From the NCBI GenBank assembly GCA_030704615.1, contig CM060733.1:52204001-52268000 (forward strand): a stretch of 64,000 nt of DNA, given 5' to 3'. Each line of letters starts with the position of its first letter. Within the stretch, counting starts at the first letter, position 1. Position numbers and translations under genes: made by a program. Origin of the DNA: Takakia lepidozioides (Eukaryota; Plantae; Bryophyta). Positions 1 to 11,500 of the stretch are shown here, piece by piece. The notes beneath the pieces are model-generated. The model was given only the letters and a program-made list of their open reading frames with translations, was not told the DNA's origin and did no database searches.

Positions 1-10
1 CCTGCAACTA

Positions 11-865
11 TTGGAAGAGATGCAAGTGGAAGGCTTGAAGCTAGATGGTATCACTTTTCTATGTGTTCTCTCTGCATGTAGCCATGCTGGCCTAGTGGAT
101 GAGGGCAAACACTACTTTGACTCCCTAAGTCGAGATCATGGCATCACTCCAGCAGTGGAGCACTTTGGCTCCATGGTGGACCTTCTTGGCCGTGCAGGGC
201 AATTGGATGAGGCAGAGGACTTCATCAACAAAATGCCAATGAAACCTAATCCTGTGGTTTGGAGGGCATTGCTTGGTGCCTGCAGAATCCATTGCAATGT
301 GGAGATGGCTGAACGCGCAGCAACATCTATTCTCAAGTGGGATGAGCAGGACGCTGCAACTTATGTGTTGCTATCGAACATCTATGCTGCAGCTGACAGG
401 TGGGATGATGGTGCAAAGGTGATAGAAATGATGAAGGTCAGAGGGGTTAGAAAGGAGCCAGGTTGCTGCCGCATTGAGGTTGGCAACAGGGTGCACAGCT
501 TTGTTGTAGATGAGAAATTTCATCCAAAAATTGTGGAGATCCATGCTGAGCTAAGAAGATTGTCTGGGCGGATGAAGGAGGCAGGGTATGTTCCCGACAT
601 GCGCTTTGTATTGCATGATGTGGGGGAGGAGCAGAAAGAATTTTCTCTTTGCCACCACAGTGAGAAGCTGGCCATTGGTTTTGGGCTGATCAGCACAGCC
701 CCTAGGACGCCTCTCCGTCTCATCAAGAATCTTCGGGTGTGTGGTGACTGCCACACCTCCACCAAGTTCATCTCAAAGATTGTTGGCCGAACAATTGTTG
801 TACGGGATGCTATCCGCTTTCACCACTTTGAAGATGGGGTTTGTTCTTGTGGGGACTACTGGTGA
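11..865 (+). CDS. PLS-E-DYW pentatricopeptide repeat protein (organellar C-to-U RNA editing factor), 3' part; 5' end lies outside the window
   Basis: P2-L2-S2 motifs, E1 (VVWRALLGACRIH), E2, PG box, HSEKLA and CGDCH zinc ligands, terminal CSCGDYW*. Confidence 0.95.
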   Translation: MEEMQVEGLKLDGITFLCVLSACSHAGLVDEGKHYFDSLSRDHGITPAVEHFGSMVDLLGRAGQLDEAEDFINKMPMKPNPVVWRALLGACRIHCNVEMAERAATSILKWDEQDAATYVLLSNIYAAADRWDDGAKVIEMMKVRGVRKEPGCCRIEVGNRVHSFVVDEKFHPKIVEIHAELRRLSGRMKEAGYVPDMRFVLHDVGEEQKEFSLCHHSEKLAIGFGLISTAPRTPLRLIKNLRVCGDCHTSTKFISKIVGRTIVVRDAIRFHHFEDGVCSCGDYW

Positions 866-1984
866 AACGATGTTTTTCTGGAAAGGTGCGACTGACTTGC
901 TTCATTCATTGATTTGTGTAGCTACTTCATCCACCATTTCCTGAGATTTCTGACCATGATGTACTGCTGAGGGCATTTCCTGTGGCATATCCGCAGGAAA
1001 TGGTAGTGGGGTCTACCCAGCATAGGTGGGAATTCAGCCCATAATGCAAGTGACTGGAATAGGTCAAGAGTGAGGGGTCATTTTGACTGACTATGGTGAT
1101 AGGAAATCAAGAGTGCTGTCCTAATTCTGGGGTGGGGTGGTGACCTTCTCCAAAGCTAGAAGATGGAAGTGAATATGATTCGTAATGAGCTTGATTGGAG
1201 GGGCAGTCTTGTGCAGTAGTTTGTTCAGCATCTTAAATTTGGAGATGTTTGTATGTTTCTCGTGGTGCTGCTTCAGAGAGAGCCCTTGACTAACTTGTTG
1301 TCAATTGCTAGCCTTAACCCACCAAGATCTACTCCCATGGTGTCCACTTGAAAGTTCACATAGTGACTGTAATGGTATTTTGGTATGTGTTATTGATTGA
1401 TGCGGCATGAATTGGATGCGGCCTTTCACCCAAATCACTATTCCATTCCTGTCTCTCTACATAACAGAGCTCATACAACTCGTCCAACATACGACTTCAA
1501 TGCAGTACACTCAACACTTTGAGAATACCAGAAAAGGTACTCCTTTTCATCTCCTTGAGAGAGTTTTCAGTAAGTTAGACTGCAGCCATCAATCCATTCA
1601 GAGTTTTTGAGTCTGCAGGTGCTCTCACTGCTGACATTGCAGGTGGGGTGGACGAGTATATCACCTTCGACGCAACCGCATGCCCCCTAGGATATGCTCG
1701 TGTGGAATATCAATTTGTGCATCTATGTTGGTAGCGGATCCCTTGCTGTACTCTTTTTCTGTTTAACGTGTTTGTGTTTCCCTTCAGATGCAGGTGGATC
1801 TCTCACCAGTTGGAGTCAACTGAGTAGTATTTCGACCACGCTATTGTCTGACACTCATATTTCTGTCTTGGGACTATAGTTTGGGCTCTCAGCCATCCTC
1901 GACTAACATGCCAAGTACTTGTAATGGTGTTTCTACAGGCCTTGATCTAAGCACACCTCTAATTCTGTCTCTATCATCTATCTG

Positions 1985-2419
1985 CCTACCTTTGAACAGC
2001 AAACAGAAGCAGAGAGGAAAGGGAGAGTGCAATTGCCCGTTGTGTGGGCAATCTGAAGACAGTATTCATTTTCTGATACACTGTCCGGGGTTCTCTCACC
2101 AAAGAGACCTCTCTTCAACTCTATCAAGGGAATTGTGCCTGTACCCCTGTTTACCAACTTTGAAAGTCTCGAGGCTGAGCCAAAAGCCCAGGCCCTCCTG
2201 AGGCCTAGTTTTTGGGCAAATCACACACAGCAGATTGATGCTTGTGTGAAGGGATTTCTAGAGGATATCTGGAAAACCTGGATTAATTCTTTATATGAAG
2301 GTAAGTCTTACTACCAACGTCAGCCCCTGACAGAGGTAGGTTCTGTTCCTTTTGTTCCCGCTCAAACTGGGTGTGGGGTCAATGGCCACAAGGCTACGGC
2401 AAACGTCTTATGAGTACAA
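1985..2419 (+). mobile_element. 5'-truncated non-LTR retrotransposon (RTE/RTEX-like ORF2 C-terminus)
   Basis: [17 protein letters not shown] zinc finger; 3' end ...GTCTTATGAGTACAA; 15-bp TSD TCTATCATCTATCTG at 1970-1984 and 2420-2434. Confidence 0.85.
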
Positions 2420-2434
2420 TCTATCATCTATCTG

Positions 2435-2497
2435 TTCCACTCAAACTGAGCGCGGGGTCAATGGCCACTAAACTACGGCAAACGTCTTATGAGTACG
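2435..2497 (+). mobile_element. Older short 3'-end fragment of the same LINE family
   Basis: Diverged copy of CTCAAACTG..GGGGTCAATGGCCAC..CTACGGCAAACGTCTTATGAGTAC. Confidence 0.75.
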
Positions 2498-3439
2498 TTC
2501 TATCAGTCTAACCCCCATTTTTGCAGAGCCCATTTGTACGTAAGTACTCCGATTGTTTGACCTTGAGTATGAGAAGAGACCAGTACCTTCCTAATTCAAA
2601 CTGTGCAATCTTCTTTACCCCTTCTCCTAAAAGAGCCTCAAACAGCTTGTCAAATTCATGGTTGAAGTGCAGTTATAAAATACAGGGAGAACTTTATGGG
2701 CCAAGAGCTGAATATTCTGCTTTTCTGCAAGTTTTCCAAAGAGGAACTGCTTCCTCATGTTGCAGCATCATCCCCTGTTACTCCAGCAGTACAAACAATC
2801 TCTTTAAATTCATGAACTGGTCTGATTGTTCGTCTTCAGTGCTCTGACACTTTGCAAACCAGAAAAGTGTGATCACACGCAGCTTTCCTTCCTTCGATTG
2901 GTCTCTTCTTGTACTTTGTTTGGATTGAAGTACAAACAACAGCTCTTTAGCTATAGGAGCATCATACACCCAAATAACACAGGCACAGCCAAGCAAGTCG
3001 AATGTGTAGTGAGACTAGGTGGGAGTTGGAAGAAGTTTATTTTTAGCCTCATTGAACACTTTCAATGTAGACTGAATGATAGGGCTCGGCAGGAGCTGCC
3101 CTTCCTTGTGTACCAAGCCACCTATGTTCCAATCACCACTAGGAGTCAATCACACTAACCATGTTTGTTTGGATACTACAGAACTCTGATTTCCTTCCAC
3201 TATCACCAGAGTCAGTTCAAATCCCCCCTTCACTCATTACCTGCTCACATCAATTATATGGGCTGACTTCCCACCTATGCTGGTAGACCCCACTACCATT
3301 TCCTGTGGATATGCCACAGGAAATGCCCTCAGCAGTACATCATGGTCAGAATTCTCAGGAAATGGTGCGATGAAGTGAGTAGCTACACAGATACAATGAA
3401 TGAAGCAAGTCAGTCGCACCTTTCCAGAAAAACATCGTT

Positions 3440-6418
3440 TCACCAGTAATCCCCACAAGAACAAACTCCATCTTCAAAGTGGTGAAAGCGGTTAGCATCC
3501 CGTACAACAATAACTCGGCCAACAATCTTTGAGATGAACTTGGTGGAGGTGTGGCAGTCACCACACACCCGAAGATTCTTGATGAGACGGAGAGGCGTCC
3601 TAGGGGATGTGCTGATCAGCCCAAAACCAATGGCCAACTTCTCACTGTGGTGGCAAAGAGAAATTTCCTTTTGCTCCTCCCCAACATCATGCAATACAAA
3701 GCGTGTGTCAGGCACATACCCTGCCTCCTTCATCTGCCTAGACAATCTTCTCAGCTCAGCATGGATTTCCGCAATTTTGGGATGCAATTTGTCATCTGCA
3801 ACAAAGGTGTGCACCCTGTTGCCAACCTCAATGCAGCAGCGACCTGGCTCCTTTCTAACCCCTCTGACCTTCATCATTTTTCTCACCTTTGCACTATCGT
3901 CCCACCTGCCAGCTGCGGCATAGATGTTTGATAGCAACACATAAGTCACAGCATCCTGTTCATCCCACTTGAGAACAGATGTTGCCGCACGTTCAGCCAT
4001 CTCCACATTGCCATGGATTCTGCAGGCACCAAGCAAGGCCTTCCACACCACAACATCTGGTTTGACTGGCATTTTATTAATGAGGTCCTCTGCCTCATCC
4101 AATTGCCCGGCACGTCCAAGAAGGTCCACCATACAGCCAAAGTGCTTTACTGTCAGAGTGACACCATGATCTCGACTCAGGGAATCAAAATAACGTCTTC
4201 CTTCATCCAGTAGGCCAGCATGGCTGCATGCAGAGAGAACACATATAAAGGTGATACTGTCCAGCTTCAAGCCTTCCTTTTGCATCCCTTGAAATAAATG
4301 AAGGGCCTCCCTATGACGACCATGCCGGGCATACCCTGCGATTATCACGTTCCATGACACCACATCTCGTTCGGCCATACTGTCGAACACTCCCTTTGCA
4401 TCCTCGATGCTCCCACATTTGGCATACATGTCCACGAGGGTATTGTTCAGAATTACATCTGGTACAATCCCAGATTTGTCGATGTCACCATGGACCTCTT
4501 TACCCTTTTCCAGGGCTGCCAGTCTCGCACACGCGTTACAAATGCAAACAAATGTGATGTGGTTGGGCTTCACCCCTTCCCGCATCATTTGCTCATAGGT
4601 CTCCAAAGCCTCCATCCCGCGCCCCTGCTGTGCATATCCTGCGATCATTGCGCTCCATGACACCACATCTCGTTCAGCCATATTGTCAAACACTCCCTCT
4701 GCATCTTCAATGCTCCCACATTTGGCATACATGTCCACAAGGGTATTGTTCAGAATGACATCTGGTACAATTCCAGCTTTGACAATGTCACCATGGACCT
4801 CTTTGCCCTTTCCCAGGGCTGCCAGGCTCGCACATGCATTGCAAATGCAAACAAACATGATGTGGTTGGGCTTCACCCCGTTCCACACCATTTGCTCATA
4901 GGTCTCCAAAGCCTCCATCCCGCACCCCTGCTGTGCATATCCTGCGATCATCGCGCTCCACGAGACCACATCTCGTTCAGCCATATTGTCGAACACTCCC
5001 TTTGCATCTTCAATGCTCCCACATTTAGCATACATGTCCACCAGGGCTGTGTTCAGAATGACATCTGGTACAATTCCAGCTTTGACAACGTCACCATGGA
5101 CCTCTTTACCCTTTTCCAGGGCTGCCAGGCTCGCACATGCATTGCAAACGCAAACAAACGTGATGTGGTTAGGCTTCACCCCTTCCCGCATCATTTGCTC
5201 ATAGGTCTCCAAAGCATCCGTCCCACGCCCCTGCTGTGCATATCCTGCAATCATCGTGCTCCACGACACCACATCTCGTTCAGCCATATTGTCGAACACT
5301 CCCTTTGCATCCTCCATGCACCCACATTTGGCATACATGTCCACGAGGGTATTGTTCAGAATGACATTTGTTACAATTCCAGCTTTGATGATGTCACCAT
5401 GGACCTCTTTGCCCTTTTCCAGGGCTACCAGGCTTGCACACGCATTGCAAATGCAAACAAACGTGATGTGATCGGGCTTCACCCCTTCCCGCATCATTTG
5501 CTCATAGGTCTGCAAAGCCTCCATCCCACACCCCTGCTGTGCATATCCTGCGATCATCACATTCCACGACACCACATCTTTTTCAACCATATTGTTGAAC
5601 ACTCCCTTTGCCTCCTGGATGCACCCACATTTGGCATACATGTCCATGAGGGTATTGTTCAGAATGGCGCCTGGTACAATTCCAGCTTTGACAATGTCAC
5701 CATGGACCTCTTTGCCCTTTTCCAGGGCTGCCAGGCTTGCACACGCATTGCAAACACAAACAAACGTGATATGGTCAGGCTTCACCCCTTCCCGCATCAT
5801 TTTCTCATATATCTCTAAAGCAGTCCTACAACACCCGTGCTTGGTAAATCCTGCTATCAGTATATTCCACGTGATCAAAGATCTTTGAGACATTCTGTTG
5901 AACACTTGGTGAGCATCCACAATGCTTCCGCACTTAACATACATGTTGAGAAGGGTGTTGTGTAGAAAAACGTTTGGCTTGAATCCACTTTGGATAATGT
6001 GAGCGTGTACATGCTTTCCAGCTTCCAGGCCTTTCATCTTGATGCACTTACGCAAGAGACAGACATAAGTATATGAATCTGCCGAAATGCCTCCTTGGTT
6101 TAAGGTCTGTAGAGCCTCTTTCAGTTGCCCTGCCTCACAGAGCATCCTCACGTGCCCAGAAGTGCAAGAAGAGGCATTGCGGGCCCCCTCTCTTGGTCCT
6201 CTTTCAGAAGCTGTGGTCATGGTCGAGGTGCCTGATTTTATCAACTGTGCAGCCGCTGCTGCTGCTTCCAGTTGACCATCTACCCATGCAGGTTTATTGC
6301 AGCTATCGATCCACAGGGAATCGTAGGTAATCTTGTGCTTGAAATCCGGCCATCTTGGATGAATCTGGACCCACTCTATCCCTGCTCCTTCAGCTATCCC
6401 TGCCTCTGCACAAATCAT
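3440..6418 (-). CDS. PLS-E-DYW PPR protein, intronless, about 20 PPR motifs plus E1/E2/DYW; start codon uncertain (6418, or the internal Met near 6220)
   Basis: 992-aa ORF with repeated P/L/S triplets, HSEKLA, CGDCH, CSCGDYW*; close paralogue of 11..865. Confidence 0.95.
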   Translation of the reverse strand: MICAEAGIAEGAGIEWVQIHPRWPDFKHKITYDSLWIDSCNKPAWVDGQLEAAAAAAQLIKSGTSTMTTASERGPREGARNASSCTSGHVRMLCEAGQLKEALQTLNQGGISADSYTYVCLLRKCIKMKGLEAGKHVHAHIIQSGFKPNVFLHNTLLNMYVKCGSIVDAHQVFNRMSQRSLITWNILIAGFTKHGCCRTALEIYEKMMREGVKPDHITFVCVCNACASLAALEKGKEVHGDIVKAGIVPGAILNNTLMDMYAKCGCIQEAKGVFNNMVEKDVVSWNVMIAGYAQQGCGMEALQTYEQMMREGVKPDHITFVCICNACASLVALEKGKEVHGDIIKAGIVTNVILNNTLVDMYAKCGCMEDAKGVFDNMAERDVVSWSTMIAGYAQQGRGTDALETYEQMMREGVKPNHITFVCVCNACASLAALEKGKEVHGDVVKAGIVPDVILNTALVDMYAKCGSIEDAKGVFDNMAERDVVSWSAMIAGYAQQGCGMEALETYEQMVWNGVKPNHIMFVCICNACASLAALGKGKEVHGDIVKAGIVPDVILNNTLVDMYAKCGSIEDAEGVFDNMAERDVVSWSAMIAGYAQQGRGMEALETYEQMMREGVKPNHITFVCICNACARLAALEKGKEVHGDIDKSGIVPDVILNNTLVDMYAKCGSIEDAKGVFDSMAERDVVSWNVIIAGYARHGRHREALHLFQGMQKEGLKLDSITFICVLSACSHAGLLDEGRRYFDSLSRDHGVTLTVKHFGCMVDLLGRAGQLDEAEDLINKMPVKPDVVVWKALLGACRIHGNVEMAERAATSVLKWDEQDAVTYVLLSNIYAAAGRWDDSAKVRKMMKVRGVRKEPGRCCIEVGNRVHTFVADDKLHPKIAEIHAELRRLSRQMKEAGYVPDTRFVLHDVGEEQKEISLCHHSEKLAIGFGLISTSPRTPLRLIKNLRVCGDCHTSTKFISKIVGRVIVVRDANRFHHFEDGVCSCGDYW
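4260..5800 (-). repeat. Intragenic tandem array of about five 303-bp (101-aa) P-L-S units
   Basis: Near-identical units HITFVC..GKEVHGD..VILNN/TALVDMYAKCG..ERDVVSW..GYAQQG with 303-bp periodicity. Confidence 0.9.
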
Positions 6419-7570
6419 GCATACATCCTCGCCTTGCTGCTAGCATCTGACAAAGACAGCCTAGATTTGCTCTAGCAAGAACCCGACTTATCACACAAGT
6501 TCGTATTCCGAGTTGCATCTGTGTCTCTCGGTAATCTAACGGGCATTCACCTTTTGGCCTCGATTGTCCCACCATTGTCCAGGGTCGGAAAAATATTCAT
6601 TCCAAAGCTTCTCCTCGTCTCTGTTATCTGTTTTTGTATACCCTCCTGTTGCAATATTGGCATTAACATGTCAAAATCACAACAAACCACCATAAGTCCA
6701 CCTAATGAGCTATCTTGTAGGATGCAATATGAAAAATTAGGGACGAATTTGATAAGAGGGCAGAACAGGCTGAAATGTGTTAGAAGAAGGTACCTTCATT
6801 AGCAGTGCCTGATTTTATCAATTGTGCTACTGCCGCTGCCACTGCTGCTGCTTCCAGTTGAGCATCTTCCCATGCAGGTTTCTTGTAGCTATCGATAGAC
6901 AGGGAATCATATGTAATCTTGTGCTTGAAATCGGGTCCTCTTGGGTGAATCTGGACCCACACTCTATGCCTGCCCCTTCAGCTATCCCTGCTTCTGCACC
7001 AGTCATGTATAGATCCTCGCCTTGCTGCTAGCAGCTGACAATGACAGCCTAGATTTGTTGTAGGAAACACCCCAACCCTGCTTCTCACAAACTAGTTCCT
7101 GTGCTGAATTGCTGCCAATGGGAGAGAGAGGATGACAATTTCCAACAAAGCATTGCATTGCATCTTGCTGTCTGCTCTCTGTAATTTAACAGACATTCAC
7201 CTTTTTGCCTCGATTGTCCCACCATTGACTGGGGTCGGAAAAGTATTCATTCCAAAGCTTCTCCTCACGTCTGTCACCTGTTTTTAAATACTTTCCTGTT
7301 GCCACATTGGCAGTAGTATGTCAAAATCACTCCAAACCACAATCGATCCACCCAACGAGCTTACTCGCAGAATCCAACATGAAAACGATCCTGATAAGAG
7401 GGAAAAATAGGCTGAAATAGGTGGAAGAAGAAGGTGCCCTCACCACATTGTCCTTGACCTTGTGTCATGACCCATGGAGGATTCAACCGACCATCAACCC
7501 AAAAGGACCTCTTGTATGTGCTGCCCGTGTCTGTAGTCAGGTGCTCTCGGATTGGTCTGTGAGACCCACC
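6228..7570 (-). repeat. Tandemly duplicated ~0.6-0.75 kb unit overlapping the PPR 5' end and upstream region (units ~6228-6798 and ~6806-7570); further copies at ~27090-27230 and ~41830-42470
   Basis: Both units begin GTGCCTGATTTTATCAA on the + strand and encode WVQIHPRxxDFKHKITYDSL..KPAW.D.QLEAA on the - strand. Confidence 0.85.
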
Positions 7571-8394
7571 AGGGTGCAGCTGAGCAGCCATAGATTGAAA
7601 CACGGCCTCCTAAGACCAAGCTGACCCTCCCCAAGTACCTTGTAAACACCATGAAAATTACCAAACCATGATACTAACAGAAAGAGCCCACATTTTCAAG
7701 ATGGACATATTTTTTCATATCGTACGTCAAGAAAGCCACACCTTGCGATTGCGGTTGTCCCACCATTGTGAAGGACCTTTAAAAATCTCGTGCCAGCTTT
7801 GCTCGATTCTCCACGGTAGACCTTTGTGCCGTGCGAGGGAAATTTCTGTGTCTGCTTCGTTTGGTATGCGTTGGTAGATCCATGCAGCAGGTTCATGGTA
7901 GGCCACCGGGCTGCAGATTGATTTGCTTTGCAGTAGGGGCAGGGCTGGAGACCGAAGACTAGACTAGTAGAAGACGAAGAAGAATCAGGTTTTCAATACT
8001 TAACGATTTTGGTGATGCATTCACAGACTTACTAACAACATTCATCCTTGACTCTGTCATACCGTGGTAAGTAAAGGTCAAGACATGTGCGCGGACGCTG
8101 AAAGCCGCCCAATTTTGTTGGAGACGCCACATGAGTTTCCACCGGTGCCCTCACGCCACGTGGTGGTCCAATATGGTACACCTCCCACGTGGTGGCATCA
8201 GACGCCTCCCACGACACCTGCGACTGTTCTTGGTGGGGCCGGCCCCAGTTAGGCGAGATTAGTGACTAGTGAGAAGATTAAGGGCTCATTAGGGTGACAC
8301 CCTTTTCACCCGATTACCGGATTGGACAGTGAAGCATGTGCGTTATAGAGTAGGGCAGTGCCACCCTTTTGCGAGTGCAGCATCGGTATGTGTA

Positions 8395-8399
<5 letters not shown>

Positions 8400-8436
<37 letters not shown>
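8400..8436. repeat. (GA)n microsatellite upstream of the PFK start codon (putative 5' UTR)
   Basis: Perfect GA run. Confidence 0.95.
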
Positions 8437-8438
<2 letters not shown>

Positions 8439-8580
8439 GGCGGGGTGTTGTGTTGTCTGTCCGGTGATGGTCAGGGATTCCTGTGATCCGAGGCTCAGTC
8501 AGAAACGTTCAGAATATTTGTTGGATTGTTACTGCTATCTGTAGAGTGAAGGAGGGATTGAGTTGGGGATTGGCAGGGAT

Positions 8581-11500
8581 ATGGCGGGTTTCAGCTCTGT
8601 CATTTCACAACGAGTGTTTCAAAATACTGTTTTTGGAGAAGGGTGGAGTGTGCAGTCTGGCGCAGAGCTGACAGATCGGAAAAACGTGATCTGGAGAGCT
8701 GATAATACGGTTTGTGTTGAGGGCAGAAAAACTTACCGTCGTCTAAATTGGAGGCGGACTGGTTTGGGAGGAGTTTTCTTCGGGGGCAAGAGCGATAATC
8801 CGCTGAGTGGAACAGCCATAGCCTTGCCCAGGAAGCATTGCCACAAGGAGGTTTGTATGGTTATGGAGACAGTCAAGGATATGAGAGAAACTGATGGTGC
8901 CGTTTTGGAAGACGTCGCACACCTTACGGATTGGCTACCTGATCTTCCGGTTAGTCTCTCATCGTCCAGGGGAACTGATACTCTCTGATTTTAAACTGAT
9001 GTTCAGTGCTTTTACAAGTTTGTCAATTTCAGATGGTTGGAAACGAGACCCTTTACTGCATATATGAAAGGGATCAAGACAATTGGTTGGTCTGGCGTTC
9101 TCGTTGAAATTGAGTCTCGAGCACTTGAGTAAAGTGAAATTGCATCAGTCTTTGACATTGCGGCTCTTCTTTGACTTCTTGTAGTGTTTTGTGTCCGTTT
9201 TGGATGAAGTTCACTTTATTTCCTTGGCTCCGATCCATGATTGATATGTGTGGGATCCCTACCTCTTTGTGTGCAGACTTATCCAAATCCCTTGAAGCAC
9301 AATCCTGCCTATGCAGCTGTTAAGTGAGTACATTTCTGGGACATTTTGTGCGCCAATACCTGACGTCTATATTTGCTTAACTCGAAATGTTATGTTAGTA
9401 TTCTAGGTTGGATGGGAATCAGTAATGATCATGATGGGTGAATGAGTCCAACTGATTGGAATGACGTGGTCTTTCCACTTGTTTTTTCGCACACACGAAT
9501 AATCCTGCAACCAAATCGTGTCTAGCAGCATAGAATCTAGCTAATTATTGCCATAACTATGGCACCTTGGCTGACAGCCTGATTGTGGTGGTTTTAAGCT
9601 AAGGCAATGGTGGGTGGATGCAGGCAATATTTTGTGGAGAGTGATGATGTTGTTGCCAAGGATGTAAGTCTGGCTGTTAGAGTTTTCATTTCCTTTCAGG
9701 CGGTCATTTGGCCGGAAGATTTCCAGCAATGGTTGCTCAAATGATCCATGTCAATTTGCTTAGCCATCACTGGAGTCAGAGGCTTGGATCTCATGACTAC
9801 CGTACCTCTTTGTGTTGATCAAATTGGATACAATGTTGGGTTGGTGGGAAGACTAAAATCTGCTGATGGAACAACAGTAATACGTGGGTGAAGGTTAGGA
9901 TGTATTTGAGTCATTCAGTGGACTTGACTATACTCATTTCTTCTCCTATGTGATTACAGGTGGTGGTGAAAATGACTCCGATCCGGGAAGGTGTTCATTT
10001 TCGCCGGGCTGGACCACGACAGAAGGTTTCCTTTTCTCTCTCTCTCTCTCTTTAAAGTGTTCCGCGGGGTCAATGGCCACAAGGCTACGGCAAACAACGT
10101 CTTATGAGTACAATCTTTAAAGTGTTCCGCCCATTCTGGGCACAGGGTCTATGGCCACAAGGCTACGCCAAACAATGTCTTATGAGTACATTCTCTCTCA
10201 CTGCAGAGGGGTCAACTCTGAGGTTAAGAAAACCATGCTTTGTCGCGTTATTAGACCTGCCTTGGAGTACGGATCTGCCATATGGGTTGATAACTCCAAC
10301 CAGGCTAAGTCTAGAATCCATTCAAGTGGGGGTGCTTAAGGAGTGCATGTCAGCATGCTCCAAAACAGCCAATGTGGCTGTTCGGGGTGAGTTTGGCATT
10401 CCGTTTTTAAGCTCCCGACGAGATGAATTCAAGGTCAGATGGTGGGGTCAGCTGCAACATATGCCCAACACCAGATAAATTAAGTTAATCGACTCTATAT
10501 CTTGGAAACAGGACCGCCCTGTCAAACAGGCTAAGTTCTGGCAGAAGAGAGTAGAAGAGATCCTCAAGGACCTGGACCTGGATCCGCACGTCTTGGCCCT
10601 GCTGGATAAATCTGACTTAGAGGCTGTAGTGTCCTCAGCCATGTCTGTTGCCATGAGATTGTCTGATGAAAATGAAGTTAGGCAGAAAACTTCCCTGAAC
10701 TTGTTTCCAGTCTGTGACATGGGGGAGGACATCTTGGATGACCTCAAGGGTCTACCCACTCTCGGCACTAGACTGAAATTTAAACTCATGGCAGGAAGCC
10801 TACCTTTGAACAGCAAACAGAAGCAGAGAGGAAAGGGAGAGTGCAATTGCCCGTTGTGTGGGCAATCTGAAGACAGTATTCATTTTCTGATACACTGTCC
10901 GGGGTTCTCTCACCAAAGAGACGCTCTCTTCAAATCTATTAAGGGAATTGTGCCTGTACCCCTGTTTACCAACTTTGAAAATCTCGAAGCTGAGCCAAAA
11001 GCCCAGGCCCTCCTGAGGCCTAGTTTTTGGGCAAATCACACACAGCAGATTGATGCTTGTGTGAAGGGATTTCTAGAGGATATCTGGAAAACCCGGATTA
11101 ATCCTATATATGGAGGTAAGTCTTACTACCAACGTCAGCCCCTGACAGAGGTAGGTTCTGTCCCTTTTGTTCCCGCTCAAACTGGGCCCGGGGTCAATGG
11201 CCACAAGGCTACGGCAAACAACGTCTTATGAGTACAATCTCTCTCACGAAGTTAGGCACAAAACGTCTTTGAACTTGTTAAGGATGATCTGAAGGGCCTA
11301 CCTACCCTCGGCACTAGACTGAAATTTAATCTCGGGGCTGGTAGTCTACCTTTGAACAATAAACAGATGCAGAGAGGAAAGGGAGATTGTCGATGCCTGA
11401 TGTGCGGGCGGCCTGAAATATCCATTTTCTGATACACTGTCCGGGGTATTCCCATCAGAGAGTGACCCACTTCAGGACCATCAAGAACATAGTCGGTGCA

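Noticed and set aside
3440-3800. U-to-C (DYW:KP/GRP-type) editing domain
   Set aside because: Both genes have a PG box, HSEKLA and terminal DYW, typical of C-to-U editors
4793-5818. 341-aa + strand ORF with internal repeats
   Set aside because: Antisense shadow of the PPR repeat array
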